The notes beneath the pieces are model-generated. The model did not search any database and was not told the origin of the DNA. It saw only the letters and a list, made by a program, of their open reading frames with translations. Shown one piece after another: positions 1-10,366 of a DNA stretch of 64,000 nt. The stretch's first letter is position 1. Every line of letters begins with the position of its first letter. This DNA comes from Butyricicoccaceae bacterium (lineage in GTDB: Bacteria; Bacteroidota; Bacteroidia; Bacteroidales; UBA932). Where the stretch lies: positions 7,813 to 71,812 of the forward strand of contig CAVENC010000007.1 of the NCBI GenBank assembly GCA_963617065.1, read 5' to 3'. A program made the translations under genes and the position numbers.

Positions 1-21
1 CTAAGATGCTTCTAAGTTATT

Positions 22-1470
22 ATGACTGTTAAAGATAAAATAATGAACGGTTGCGGTCTCGGAGAGCCATTCAGAGGACTGCACGAGGAATGCGGAGTCT
101 TCGGAGTATATGGCGTTCCCAATGCCGCTGAAATTACATACTACGGACTTCATTCTCTGCAGCATAGAGGACAGGAAGGCTGCGGTATAGTATCAGTTAA
201 CGACAGCGGATATCTCCGCAGAGTCAAAGGGCTTGGACTTGTCACCGAAGTTTTCAACAATGACAATCTCGCTACTCTCCAGGGCAAGATGTCCATAGGA
301 CACGTGCGCTATTCAACCACAGGTGGCGGCGGAATAGAGAATGTGCAGCCGTTCCTGTTCAGACACAATACAGGAGACTTTGCATTGGCGCACAATGGAA
401 ACCTCGTGAACTCAGTCCAGCTTCGCAAATATCTGGAGGACAGGGGAAGTCTGTTTCAGTCTACTTCAGACAGCGAAATTCTGGCGCACCTCATCAAGAA
501 GGATCCGCTTGAGCGCAAAAGCCCGCGCATATTTCCTATAATGGAAGCCCTCAATATGATAGAAGGTGCGTTCGCATTTCTGATAATGACCCAGAACAGG
601 ATTTATGCCTGCAGAGATAAATATGGCCTACGTCCTCTTTCAATAGGCAAGTTGGGCGACGGATATGTAGTCAGCAGCGAGACCTGCGCGTTCAGTACCA
701 TCGGAGCGGAATTTATCCGTGACGTGGAGCCGGGTGAGATTGTGACAATCGACCATCACGGCATCAGGTCCAGAAAATATTCGGAGTATCAGCGTCACGC
801 AATGTGCGCGATGGAATATATCTATTTCTCACGTCCTGACAGCGATATTGAATGCAAGAACGTGCACACTTTCCGCAAGGAATCCGGAAAACTTCTTTTC
901 AAGGAATCGCCGGCTGATGCGGACATCGTGGTGGGCGTTCCGGACTCGAGCCTTAGCGCGGCTATGGGATATGCCGAGGCTAGCGGACTTCCGTACGAAA
1001 TGGGACTTATCAAGAACAAATACATAGGTAGAACATTCATCCAGCCGTCTCAGGAAATGAGGGACAAGGGCGTGAAGATGAAACTTTCGCCGGTGAAGAG
1101 CATCGTGGGTGGCAAGCGTGTAGTGCTGATCGACGACTCGATTGTCAGGGGCACGACCTCAAGAAGAATCGTGAGGATGCTGCGTGAGGCAGGAGCTACT
1201 CAGGTGCACGTGAGAATAGCAAGCCCGATGATCAAGTACCCTTGTTTCTATGGCGTTGACATATCCACCTACGAAGAACTCCTTTGCGCAAACAGGACAT
1301 TGTCAGAAGCTTGCGAAGCGATAGAGGCGGACACGTTGGCGTTCCTATCGGAGAATGCGCTGTATGAAGCAGGACAACGCTCGGATTTGTGCCTTGCGTG
1401 CTTCAGCGGTAAATATCCGACATCGCTGTACTCAAGCCTTGAGGATGCGAACAAGGAAGGCAAGTTCTGA
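22..1470 (+). CDS. purF: Amidophosphoribosyltransferase (propeptide, 4Fe-4S type)
   Basis: EECGVFG nucleophile motif, QHRGQEG, DDSIVRGTTS PRPP loop, Fe-S cysteines (CAMEY, PCFYG, CLAC). Confidence 0.97.
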   Translation: MTVKDKIMNGCGLGEPFRGLHEECGVFGVYGVPNAAEITYYGLHSLQHRGQEGCGIVSVNDSGYLRRVKGLGLVTEVFNNDNLATLQGKMSIGHVRYSTTGGGGIENVQPFLFRHNTGDFALAHNGNLVNSVQLRKYLEDRGSLFQSTSDSEILAHLIKKDPLERKSPRIFPIMEALNMIEGAFAFLIMTQNRIYACRDKYGLRPLSIGKLGDGYVVSSETCAFSTIGAEFIRDVEPGEIVTIDHHGIRSRKYSEYQRHAMCAMEYIYFSRPDSDIECKNVHTFRKESGKLLFKESPADADIVVGVPDSSLSAAMGYAEASGLPYEMGLIKNKYIGRTFIQPSQEMRDKGVKMKLSPVKSIVGGKRVVLIDDSIVRGTTSRRIVRMLREAGATQVHVRIASPMIKYPCFYGVDISTYEELLCANRTLSEACEAIEADTLAFLSENALYEAGQRSDLCLACFSGKYPTSLYSSLEDANKEGKF

Positions 1471-1550
1471 GCATACGGAGAAGAACAGACAAGTTCAGAA
1501 CATAAGAAAGTAAAAGGCAGATTGATAATAAATTAAAACCAAATAATTCG

Positions 1551-2582
1551 ATGGCAGTAGATTATGAGAAGGCTGGCGTAAGCCTTGAAGCCGGATACGA
1601 TGTCGTAAGACGTATCAAAAAGCACGTATCTTCCACCTCACGTCTCGGCGTGATGGGCAATATCGGAGCATTCGGAGGAATGTTCGACCTTTCGGCCCTT
1701 AATGTCAAGGAGCCTGTTCTCGTCAGCGGAACTGACGGCGTAGGCACAAAATTGAAACTGGCATTTGCGATGGACAAGCACGACACTATTGGAATCGATG
1801 CCGTCGCTATGTGCGTTAACGATGTCCTGGCGCAGGGTGCCGAGCCTTTGTTCTTCCTGGATTATGTCGCTCTCGGTAAGAATGTGCCGTCAAAAGTTGA
1901 GGCAATAGTTGCCGGAGTCGCTGAAGGATGCCGACAGGCAGGATGTGCGCTTATCGGAGGTGAGACAGCCGAGATGCCGGGAATGTATGAGGACGGAGAA
2001 TATGATATCGCTGGCTATACGACAGGCGTAGTGGAGAAATCCAAACTGATCGACGGAACCAAAGTGAAAGTCGGAGACGTGCTTGTGGGTATAGCTTCAA
2101 CCGGTGTGCATTCCAATGGATTCAGCCTTGTCCGCAAAATCTTCGCTGATGCCGCTCTGGATCTTCACAAGGTTTATCCGGAACTCGGTGACAAACCGTT
2201 GGGAGAAGTGGCATTGACTCCGACCAGAATCTATGTCAAGCAGGTTCTGGACGTGATTCGCAATTGCGATGTTCACGGAGTGGCACATATCACCGGAGGT
2301 GGCTTTGACGAGAATATACCGAGAATCCTCAGTGAAGGTCAGGGAATCCACGTAGATGAAGGAACTTGGGAGATTCTTCCTATTTTCCGATTCCTTGAGA
2401 AACACGGCAACATCAGCCACCGCGAGATGTTCAATATCTATAATATGGGCGTAGGAATGGTGCTTGCAATGGATAAATCCGAGGCGCAGAAAGCTATTGA
2501 CATTCTTGCTGCTCACGGAGACAAAGCAAGTGTAATCGGCTGTGTTACAGATAAACCGGGTGTTGACATAGCACTCCTGTAA
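1551..2582 (+). CDS. purM: Phosphoribosylformylglycinamidine cyclo-ligase (AIR synthetase)
   Basis: [25 protein letters not shown] and HITGGG motifs. Confidence 0.97.
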   Translation: MAVDYEKAGVSLEAGYDVVRRIKKHVSSTSRLGVMGNIGAFGGMFDLSALNVKEPVLVSGTDGVGTKLKLAFAMDKHDTIGIDAVAMCVNDVLAQGAEPLFFLDYVALGKNVPSKVEAIVAGVAEGCRQAGCALIGGETAEMPGMYEDGEYDIAGYTTGVVEKSKLIDGTKVKVGDVLVGIASTGVHSNGFSLVRKIFADAALDLHKVYPELGDKPLGEVALTPTRIYVKQVLDVIRNCDVHGVAHITGGGFDENIPRILSEGQGIHVDEGTWEILPIFRFLEKHGNISHREMFNIYNMGVGMVLAMDKSEAQKAIDILAAHGDKASVIGCVTDKPGVDIALL

Positions 2583-2631
2583 TAAGAAGTATCCTCTAAA
2601 ATCGTAAAAAAAACATTAAAACATATCATCA

Positions 2632-4182
2632 ATGAAAGCACTCATCAGTGTAAGTGATAAAACTGGCGTGGTAGAATTCGCCAAAGGTCTTGTCGCAATG
2701 GGATGGGAAATCTTGTCCACAAGCGGCACAATGAAATTATTGAAAGATGCAGGCGTACCTGTTACAAGCGTAAGCGATGTGACCGGATTCCCTGAAATAT
2801 GCGACGGCAGGGTCAAGACCCTTCATCCGAAAATCCACGGAGCCCTTCTTGCCAGAAGAGATATTCCTGAGCATATGAAAGAGCTGAAAGACAACGGTAT
2901 AGAGACTATTGACCTTGTCTGCGTGAATCTTTATCCTTTCAGAGAGACCATCGCTAAACCTGATGTGACAATGGAGGACGCTGTCGAGCACATCGATATC
3001 GGAGGTCCGTCTATGCTGCGCAGCTCAGCCAAGAACTGGGAGTCTGTTACGGTTGTATGCAATCCTTCTGATTATGAGACTGTTCTGTCTGAGATCAAGG
3101 CAAACGGCAACACGACTAGAGAGACCCGTCTTGCACTTTCTGCAAAAGCATATACCCATACGGCTGAATATGATATGGCGATCGCAACATATATGCGCGC
3201 TCAGGCCGGTCTTCCTGAGAAACTTTTCCTGGAGTATGACTTGAAACAGGAACTCAGATATGGTGAGAATCCTCATCAGCAGGCAAAATTCTTCAAGAGT
3301 CTCGTTGACGAGCCGTTCTCTCTGGCTACCGCAGAACAGCTTAATGGCAAAGAATTGTCATACAATAACATACAGGACGCAAATGCTATTCTGAATATCG
3401 TTCGTGAATTTAACGAGCCGTTCTGTGTCGGCGTAAAGCATATGAATCCGTGCGGAAGTGCAACAGGCAAGACTATCGCCGAAGCTTGGAAGAAAGCTTA
3501 CGAGGCTGACAAAACAAGCATTTTCGGAGGTATCGTAGCTGCAAACAGGGAGATTGACTTGGAAACAGCTCAGATGCTCAAGCCGATTTTCCTGGAGATT
3601 GTAATGGCTCCTTCATTTGCTCCGGATGCGCTCGAGCTTCTCCGTACAAAGAAGAATTTGCGTGTGCTGAAAGTGAATATGTCCAACGACAATGTCGTGC
3701 GCAAACAATATGTAAGTATGAACGGCGGTATGCTCGTGCAGGATAGGGATGTGAATACCAAAGAAGTGGCAGAAGGACAATGCGTTACGGAGACCGTGCC
3801 TACCGAGGCGCAGGTTAAGGATATGTCATTTGCCTGGAGGATTGTAAAGCACGTGAAATCCAATGCGATAGTTGTCGCCAAAGACGGTATGACATTCGGA
3901 GTCGGTGCAGGTCAGATGAACCGTATCGGATCGGCAGAGATTGCGTTGAAGGAAGCTGAAAACACATTGAAGGAGGAAGGAAAAGATATCAGGAACGAAG
4001 GCCTGGTGCTTGCGTCTGACGGATTCTTCCCGTTCAATGACTGTGTGGCGTTGGCTGCTGAATATGGAATCAAGGCGATTGTCCAGCCGGGAGGAAGCAT
4101 TCGTGATGAAGATTCGATCAAACTTGCCAACGAGAAGGGCATAGCTATGATCTTCACAGGTGAACGCCATTTCAAACATTGA
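2632..4182 (+). CDS. purH: Bifunctional AICAR transformylase / IMP cyclohydrolase
   Basis: ALISVSDK, GRVKTLHP, LRYGENPHQ, QPGGSIRD and RHFKH motifs. Confidence 0.97.
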   Translation: MKALISVSDKTGVVEFAKGLVAMGWEILSTSGTMKLLKDAGVPVTSVSDVTGFPEICDGRVKTLHPKIHGALLARRDIPEHMKELKDNGIETIDLVCVNLYPFRETIAKPDVTMEDAVEHIDIGGPSMLRSSAKNWESVTVVCNPSDYETVLSEIKANGNTTRETRLALSAKAYTHTAEYDMAIATYMRAQAGLPEKLFLEYDLKQELRYGENPHQQAKFFKSLVDEPFSLATAEQLNGKELSYNNIQDANAILNIVREFNEPFCVGVKHMNPCGSATGKTIAEAWKKAYEADKTSIFGGIVAANREIDLETAQMLKPIFLEIVMAPSFAPDALELLRTKKNLRVLKVNMSNDNVVRKQYVSMNGGMLVQDRDVNTKEVAEGQCVTETVPTEAQVKDMSFAWRIVKHVKSNAIVVAKDGMTFGVGAGQMNRIGSAEIALKEAENTLKEEGKDIRNEGLVLASDGFFPFNDCVALAAEYGIKAIVQPGGSIRDEDSIKLANEKGIAMIFTGERHFKH

Positions 4183-4224
4183 TAAGTGCTGTAAAACTTG
4201 CAGAACTAAAATCGGCAATATATT

Positions 4225-5565
4225 ATGACTGAAAACAATATACCTCGCAGAGCCAAAGTTCTTGTTGTCGGTGGCGGCGGAAGGGAACACGCAATCGTGG
4301 ATGCTCTATCCCGTTCCGGAAGAGTGGAGAAGATTTTTTGTGCTCCCGGTAATGCCGGCATCGCTCGCCAGGCCAAATGCGTGCCTCTTGAGGATACGCA
4401 GATCGATGAACTTGCGGAATTCGCACAGAACGAGGGCATTGATCTGACCGTGGTCGGCCCGGAAGTTTCACTTGCAGCCGGAATAGCAGATGAGTTTGTT
4501 TCACGTGGGCTTAAAATATTCGGTCCGTCAAAGGCGGCGGCCCGCATAGAGTCCAGTAAGGATTTTGCCAAGTCGCTGATGGCCAAGTATAATGTGCCTA
4601 CGGCCTCATACAAGACATTCTCTGATTATGAAGAGGCTTTGTCCTATGTCAATTCAGGAAAGATTCCTGTCGTGCTCAAGTACGACGGATTGGCTGCGGG
4701 CAAAGGCGTTGTTGTCGCACAGACACTTGAGGAGGCAGACGCAGCTCTGAAAGATATGCTTCTTGATGACAAATTCGGTCGTGGAAAAGTCGTTGTAGAG
4801 GAGTTCTTGACCGGCCCGGAATTTTCGCTTCTGTGTTTCGTCAATGGCTCTGAAGTTGAGCCGATGGTGTTGTCACAGGATCATAAACGTGCATTTGACG
4901 GAGACGAGGGCCCGAATACCGGCGGAATGGGCGCATATACGCCACTTCCTTTCGTGACGGAAGAAGATGAGAAATATGCCCTGGAACATATTATGAAGCC
5001 TATCGCCTCAGGTATGGTTGCAGAGGGTATTCCATTCAAGGGAGTGCTTTACGGAGGACTGATGAAGACTCCGGACGGAATCAAAGTGATTGAATTCAAC
5101 TGCCGGTTCGGCGATCCTGAAACGGAAGTCGTTCTGCCTAGACTGGAATCGGATATTTTCGAGATTTTCTGGAATGTTGCGACCGATGTCCCTATGCCGG
5201 TAGTAAAATGGTCAGACAATGCAGTTCTCGGATTTGTCCTGGCATCAAAAGGCTATCCTGGCTCATACAAGAAGGGCTATGAAATCAAAGGCGTGGATAA
5301 AGTGCTGGAAGACCCTGCGATAAGGGTTTACCATATGGGTACCGGATTGAAGAAATTTGATTCTGAGAATGGTGAGAACAATCACGAGACGTTCGACAAG
5401 GCCGGTCATTCATTGGTTACTGCAGGAGGTCGTGTGCTTATGGTGCTGGCGTCCGCGGCTTCATTGGTTGAGGCTCACGACAAGGCACTTGCAGCCGTTG
5501 ATGCCATTGACTGCGACAATTTGTTTCATAGGACAGACATCGGTCACTGGGCTTTCGAGAAATAG
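4225..5565 (+). CDS. purD: Phosphoribosylamine-glycine ligase
   Basis: GGGGREHA, GLAAGKGV, GPNTGGMG and EFNCRFGDPE motifs. Confidence 0.97.
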   Translation: MTENNIPRRAKVLVVGGGGREHAIVDALSRSGRVEKIFCAPGNAGIARQAKCVPLEDTQIDELAEFAQNEGIDLTVVGPEVSLAAGIADEFVSRGLKIFGPSKAAARIESSKDFAKSLMAKYNVPTASYKTFSDYEEALSYVNSGKIPVVLKYDGLAAGKGVVVAQTLEEADAALKDMLLDDKFGRGKVVVEEFLTGPEFSLLCFVNGSEVEPMVLSQDHKRAFDGDEGPNTGGMGAYTPLPFVTEEDEKYALEHIMKPIASGMVAEGIPFKGVLYGGLMKTPDGIKVIEFNCRFGDPETEVVLPRLESDIFEIFWNVATDVPMPVVKWSDNAVLGFVLASKGYPGSYKKGYEIKGVDKVLEDPAIRVYHMGTGLKKFDSENGENNHETFDKAGHSLVTAGGRVLMVLASAASLVEAHDKALAAVDAIDCDNLFHRTDIGHWAFEK

Positions 5566-5678
5566 TTCCGTCTCTTTTTAATTGGCTTCTGCAGGGTTAT
5601 CTGGAAAATTGATTATCTTGCAGAAGCTAATTGCATAAAGAAAACATAGAAATCATCTCAAAAACAGATTCTGGTTAT

Positions 5679-6536
5679 ATGGCGAAAATAATAAGTGGAA
5701 AAGAACTTTCTGTTAAGCTGAAAGCGGAAATGGCTGAAAAGGTTGCCACGTTCCCTGAAAAATACGGCAGAGTGCCGCACCTTGTTGTGATTCTGGTAGG
5801 GGAAGATCCTGCTAGTCAATCGTATGTAAAAGGAAAGGCCAAGGCGTCCGAGGTTGTGGGCATTAAGAATACAACAATCCTGAGACCGGCGGATATCAGT
5901 GAGGCTGAATTGCTGGAACTTATCGCGCAACTGAATGCTGATGATTCTGTGGACGGAATACTGGTGCAGCTGCCGTTGCCTAAGCATATTTCGGAAGACA
6001 AAGTGATAGCGGCAATATCACGTGACAAGGATGTGGACGGATTCCATCCGCTCAACGTTGCCGCCCTTTGGCAGAAGCAGCCTTGCTCAGTGCCGTGTAC
6101 CCCGAAAGGCATCATAAAAATGCTGGACGAGGCAGGCGTGGAGATAAAAGGAAAACGTGCCGTTGTGATCGGACGAAGCCAGATTGTCGGCCTCCCTGTA
6201 GCGAAATTACTCCTGGATAGGAATGCTACCGTGACTATATGCCATAGCAGGACAGTTGATTTGCCGGCAGTTGCACGTGAGGCGGAGATTCTGGTGGTCG
6301 CCATAGGCCGTCCGCGCTTTGTTACAGCTGATATGGTAGCTCCCGGAGCAGTCGTGATAGACGTTGGGGTAAACCGTGATCCTGCGACTGGCAAATTGTG
6401 CGGAGATGTAGACTATGAGGCTGTCGAGCCGATAGCTTCAGTCATTACTCCAGTTCCCGGAGGAGTCGGTCCGATGACCATTACCTGCCTGATGGAGAAT
6501 ACGATAGAATTGTTTGAACGCAAGATGTCGAAATAA
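5679..6536 (+). CDS. folD: Methylenetetrahydrofolate dehydrogenase/cyclohydrolase
   Basis: ILVQLPLP, KDVDGFHP and TPVPGGVGPMT motifs. ATG at 5679 (MAKIISGK) preferred over the ORF-track TTG at 5631. Confidence 0.96.
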   Translation: MAKIISGKELSVKLKAEMAEKVATFPEKYGRVPHLVVILVGEDPASQSYVKGKAKASEVVGIKNTTILRPADISEAELLELIAQLNADDSVDGILVQLPLPKHISEDKVIAAISRDKDVDGFHPLNVAALWQKQPCSVPCTPKGIIKMLDEAGVEIKGKRAVVIGRSQIVGLPVAKLLLDRNATVTICHSRTVDLPAVAREAEILVVAIGRPRFVTADMVAPGAVVIDVGVNRDPATGKLCGDVDYEAVEPIASVITPVPGGVGPMTITCLMENTIELFERKMSK

Positions 6537-6547
6537 TCGGCCTTGTG

Positions 6548-7363
6548 TTATAACGGTTTTTCGGCGGAATCGGAGCCGCTGTCTTTTCCCTCATAACGGA
6601 CATCGCATAGGAACAGCGGATATCCCGGAACAGACTGGCCGGCATCTGAACGCGTGCCACAGGATATGAGTTCTCCCAACCATTCGGGAGAACGTTTTCC
6701 CTGACCGATTTCAAGCATTGAACCGACTACTGCCCTGACCATATTCCTAAGAAACCTGTCTGCCCTGATGGTGAAGACGATATAGTCACCTTCAGTGTAG
6801 GGGTAGTTCATCATCACCACGTGGCCCGGTTTCCAGAAATTCCAGTGAGCTTCGCTGACGGTGCATATCGATGTCTTATTGTTGCCTCCGACTTTCTCGA
6901 AGCAACTGAAGTCGTGAGTGCCTATTAGATATTCTGTTGCTGAATTCATTGCCTGCATATCCAGATTGCGTGGGTGGAAGCAGGAGAATTTGGATATGAA
7001 GGGATCCTTTTTCCGATGAATGAAATATTTGTATTCTCGGCTTGTCGCGTCAAATCTGGCGTGGAAATTTTCATCGACAGGCGAGACTTCGTGGACTGCA
7101 ATTTCAGCAGGGGTAATGGCATTTAATTTGTAGCGAAGGGCCTCGGCTTCAAATGCTATTGCAGAATGCGTTTCGAAGTGCGCTATATAGTTGATGGCAT
7201 TGACGCTTGTATCCGTCCGCCCGGCTCCGGTAACAGATATATCCTCGTTCAAGAGAGTTGAGAGGGCTTTTTGGATGCTTTTCTGAACTGAAGGATCGTT
7301 CGGTTGAATTTGCCAGCCCGAAAATGCGGATCCATTGTAAGACAGACGGATGATATATTTCAT
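6548..7363 (-). CDS. truA: tRNA pseudouridine(38-40) synthase
   Basis: GWQIQ, GAGRTD, FHARF and FLRNMVR motifs. Confidence 0.95.
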   Translation of the reverse strand: MKYIIRLSYNGSAFSGWQIQPNDPSVQKSIQKALSTLLNEDISVTGAGRTDTSVNAINYIAHFETHSAIAFEAEALRYKLNAITPAEIAVHEVSPVDENFHARFDATSREYKYFIHRKKDPFISKFSCFHPRNLDMQAMNSATEYLIGTHDFSCFEKVGGNNKTSICTVSEAHWNFWKPGHVVMMNYPYTEGDYIVFTIRADRFLRNMVRAVVGSMLEIGQGKRSPEWLGELISCGTRSDAGQSVPGYPLFLCDVRYEGKDSGSDSAEKPL

Positions 7364-7452
7364 TGTTTCTGGTATATGCCTGCAAATATAAGCAATCCGG
7401 ACAGCAATGGAAAACGTGGTTTTTGTAAGAAAATATAAAATTAAAATAACTG

Positions 7453-8445
7453 ATGGAGAGTGTAAATATCAAAGAACTCAACGAACGCATTCAGCGTGAA
7501 AGTTCTTTTGTGGATCTTCTTTCAATGGAAATGGGGAAGGTCATCGTAGGCCAGAAACAGCTTGTGGAGAATTTGCTGATAGGCTTGCTTGCAAACGGAC
7601 ATATTCTTCTCGAGGGTGTTCCGGGTCTTGCAAAGACATTGGCAATCAATACTTTGGCGCAGGCGGTCAGCGCTAAATTCAGCAGAATACAGTTTACTCC
7701 TGACCTGCTTCCTGCAGATGTTCTGGGAACTCTTATCTATTCTCAGAAAAGTGAAAGTTTCGAAGTTCATAAGGGCCCTATATTCGCCAACTTCGTGCTT
7801 GCGGATGAAATCAACCGTTCCCCCGCAAAAGTTCAGTCCGCCCTTCTTGAGGCAATGCAGGAGCGTCAGGTGACAATCGGCGACGAAACTTTCAAACTCC
7901 CGGAGCCGTTCCTAGTTATGGCAACCCAGAACCCTATCGAACAGGAAGGTACTTATCCGCTGCCGGAAGCGCAGGTCGACCGTTTTATGCTCAAAGTCGT
8001 GGTTTCTTATCCTAAAAAAGAGGAAGAACGCCAGATTATCCGTATGAATAATACTGGTGAATTCCCTAAGGCTCAGCCGGTTATCTCTCCTGAAGATATC
8101 GTGAGAGCACGTCAGGTGGTGAGAGATGTTTATATGGATGAGAAGATAGAGAGATATATCGTTGACATAGTATATGCGACCAGAACTCCGGAGGATTACA
8201 ATCTGAAAGGATTGTCAGGACTTATTTCTTACGGTGCTTCTCCGCGTGCCAGCATATCGCTGTCGATGGCTGCAAAGGCTTATGCCTTCATAAAGAGAAG
8301 AGGCTATGTTATTCCTGAGGACGTGAGAGCGGTCTGCAACGAGGTTCTCCGCCATAGAATCGGTCTTACTTATGAGGCTGAAGCGGAGAATGTAACTACT
8401 GAAAACATCATATCTCAGGTGCTTAACGCAGTGATTGTACCATAA
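7453..8445 (+). CDS. moxR: MoxR family AAA+ ATPase
   Basis: EGVPGLAKT Walker A, RIQFTPDLLP, DEINR and ATQNPIEQEGTY motifs. Confidence 0.95.
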   Translation: MESVNIKELNERIQRESSFVDLLSMEMGKVIVGQKQLVENLLIGLLANGHILLEGVPGLAKTLAINTLAQAVSAKFSRIQFTPDLLPADVLGTLIYSQKSESFEVHKGPIFANFVLADEINRSPAKVQSALLEAMQERQVTIGDETFKLPEPFLVMATQNPIEQEGTYPLPEAQVDRFMLKVVVSYPKKEEERQIIRMNNTGEFPKAQPVISPEDIVRARQVVRDVYMDEKIERYIVDIVYATRTPEDYNLKGLSGLISYGASPRASISLSMAAKAYAFIKRRGYVIPEDVRAVCNEVLRHRIGLTYEAEAENVTTENIISQVLNAVIVP

Positions 8446-8456
8446 ACCCGCAGGAT

Positions 8457-9344
8457 ATGGATGCAAGTGCAAGTGATTTGCTGAAGAAGGTCCGGAAGAT
8501 TGAGATCAGGACCAGAGCTCTCTCGCATCAGATATTTGCGGGGGAGTATCATTCTGCATTCAAGGGTCGCGGAATGGCATTCAGCGAAGTGCGTGAGTAT
8601 CAATATGGTGATGACGTCCGCAATATGGACTGGAATGTCACCGCGAGGCTTCGTGCACCTTATGTGAAGGTGTTCGAAGAGGAACGCGAGATGACTGTTA
8701 TGTTGCTCGTGGACATCAGCCGGTCTGGGCTTTTCGGTACTGTAGGAAGCACAAAGCGCGATTTGATTGCGGAAATTGCAGCTGTCTTGTCATTCTCAGC
8801 GATTATAAACAATGATAAGGTCGGAGCGATGTTTTTCAGCGACAAGGTTGAGAAATTCATACCGCCTAGGAAAGGACGCAGCCATCTTTTGCGGATAATC
8901 CGTGAAATCATTGAACTGAAGCCGGAGTCTTCCGGGACAGACATAGGCGGGGCGTTGAGATTCTTCACGAACGCCATCAAGCAGAAGTGTACGGCATTTC
9001 TGTTGTCGGATATGCTGGATGTCGATTCAGAAGGCAATCCGAGGTATGAAGATGCAATAAAAGTTGCGGTCAACAGACACGATTTGTCAGTCATAAATGT
9101 GTATGACCCGAGGGAAAAAACGTTACCGGACGTAGGGCTTGTCAATGTAAAGGATTCCGAGACCGGCGAGACGGCCTGGGTGAACACATCCAGCGCCAAG
9201 GTCCGCAATTCATATTCCAAGGCAGTGCAGAATGCTGACGACAAGGCCTCCAAGTTGCTTCTCCGTTATCAGATTGACAGCGTGAATGTTTCCACCGGGT
9301 CCGATTACGTCAGAAGCCTTATGGCATTTTTCGATAAACGTTGA
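8457..9344 (+). CDS. DUF58 domain (VWA-like) protein
   Basis: GRGMAFSEVREYQYGDDVR..DWNVTAR motif, located between moxR and batA. Confidence 0.92.
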   Translation: MDASASDLLKKVRKIEIRTRALSHQIFAGEYHSAFKGRGMAFSEVREYQYGDDVRNMDWNVTARLRAPYVKVFEEEREMTVMLLVDISRSGLFGTVGSTKRDLIAEIAAVLSFSAIINNDKVGAMFFSDKVEKFIPPRKGRSHLLRIIREIIELKPESSGTDIGGALRFFTNAIKQKCTAFLLSDMLDVDSEGNPRYEDAIKVAVNRHDLSVINVYDPREKTLPDVGLVNVKDSETGETAWVNTSSAKVRNSYSKAVQNADDKASKLLLRYQIDSVNVSTGSDYVRSLMAFFDKR

Positions 9345-9346
9345 AA

Positions 9347-10366
9347 ATGAAACTGATACAAAATATAGTTCTGGTTTTGTCTGCGGCAATGTTTGCGTTG
9401 CCGCTATGCGCCCAGTCTGTCATTCCATCAGGAGATGCCTATCTCAGGCAGCTGCAGAAGCGTGATTCTGTGCTGATTGCAGATCAGCTTGAATACGGCT
9501 TCCATCTTGACAATATCAAGAGCGGTTCGGTGATGGAACTGCAGGATTTCTCCAAAGGCCTGATGGACAGCGTGGATGTGGTCCGCGGATGGCAGTTGGA
9601 TACTCTGAAGCAGCACAAGAAAGAATCTTCCATAGATCTTGAGGGAAGCATCGTCATCACATCTTTTGATGAGGGCGAGTATCAGCTTCCTGACATTGCG
9701 GTAAGGCTGACTTTGCCGAACGGGCAGACGGATACGCTGGTGTTTGCCGGTAAGAAATTGGAAGTGAAGTCAATGCCTGTGGATACGGCGACATTCAAAG
9801 TTCACGACATTAAGGGACAGATGCGTTATCCGTTGACTTTCAGAGAGATACTTCCTTATATACTCGGAGGTTTAGCGCTGCTGGCTTTGATTGCCCTGAT
9901 TTGGTTCCTCGTTTCCAAGTATCTGAAGAAGAAATCATTGGCGGAGGAGTCCAAGGAACCGCCATACATTGTGGCTCTCAGAAAGCTTGACAAGTTCCGC
10001 GGAAACAAATATTGGGCGCCCGAAAAGCAGAAACAGTTCTATAGCGGTGTTACAGATGCTCTCAGAGAGTATATTGCCGCGAGGTTCTGTGTCGGCGCAA
10101 TGGAAATGACTACGGCGGAGATTTTTGACGGATTGAAAGACAAGGATATACCTCAGCCTCTCATCGACGACACCAAGGAACTCTTCGTTATGTCGGATTT
10201 GGTCAAGTTTGCAAAGATGACCGTTTCAGACGACGATAATATGAAGGCTGTTCCGCGTGCCGTGAATTTCGTGACCGCTACTTGGAAGATGGAGGAAGAA
10301 GAGATGGCGAAAGCTGCAGCTGAGTCCGGCAGTCAGGAGTCTCAAGACAAGGAGGAGGTGAAATAA
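9347..10366 (+). CDS. bat-operon membrane protein (signal peptide, single TM)
   Basis: N-terminal signal, TM segment ILPYILGGLALLALIALIWFLV, C-terminal DLVKFAK motif, usual position upstream of batA. Confidence 0.75.
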   Translation: MKLIQNIVLVLSAAMFALPLCAQSVIPSGDAYLRQLQKRDSVLIADQLEYGFHLDNIKSGSVMELQDFSKGLMDSVDVVRGWQLDTLKQHKKESSIDLEGSIVITSFDEGEYQLPDIAVRLTLPNGQTDTLVFAGKKLEVKSMPVDTATFKVHDIKGQMRYPLTFREILPYILGGLALLALIALIWFLVSKYLKKKSLAEESKEPPYIVALRKLDKFRGNKYWAPEKQKQFYSGVTDALREYIAARFCVGAMEMTTAEIFDGLKDKDIPQPLIDDTKELFVMSDLVKFAKMTVSDDDNMKAVPRAVNFVTATWKMEEEEMAKAAAESGSQESQDKEEVK

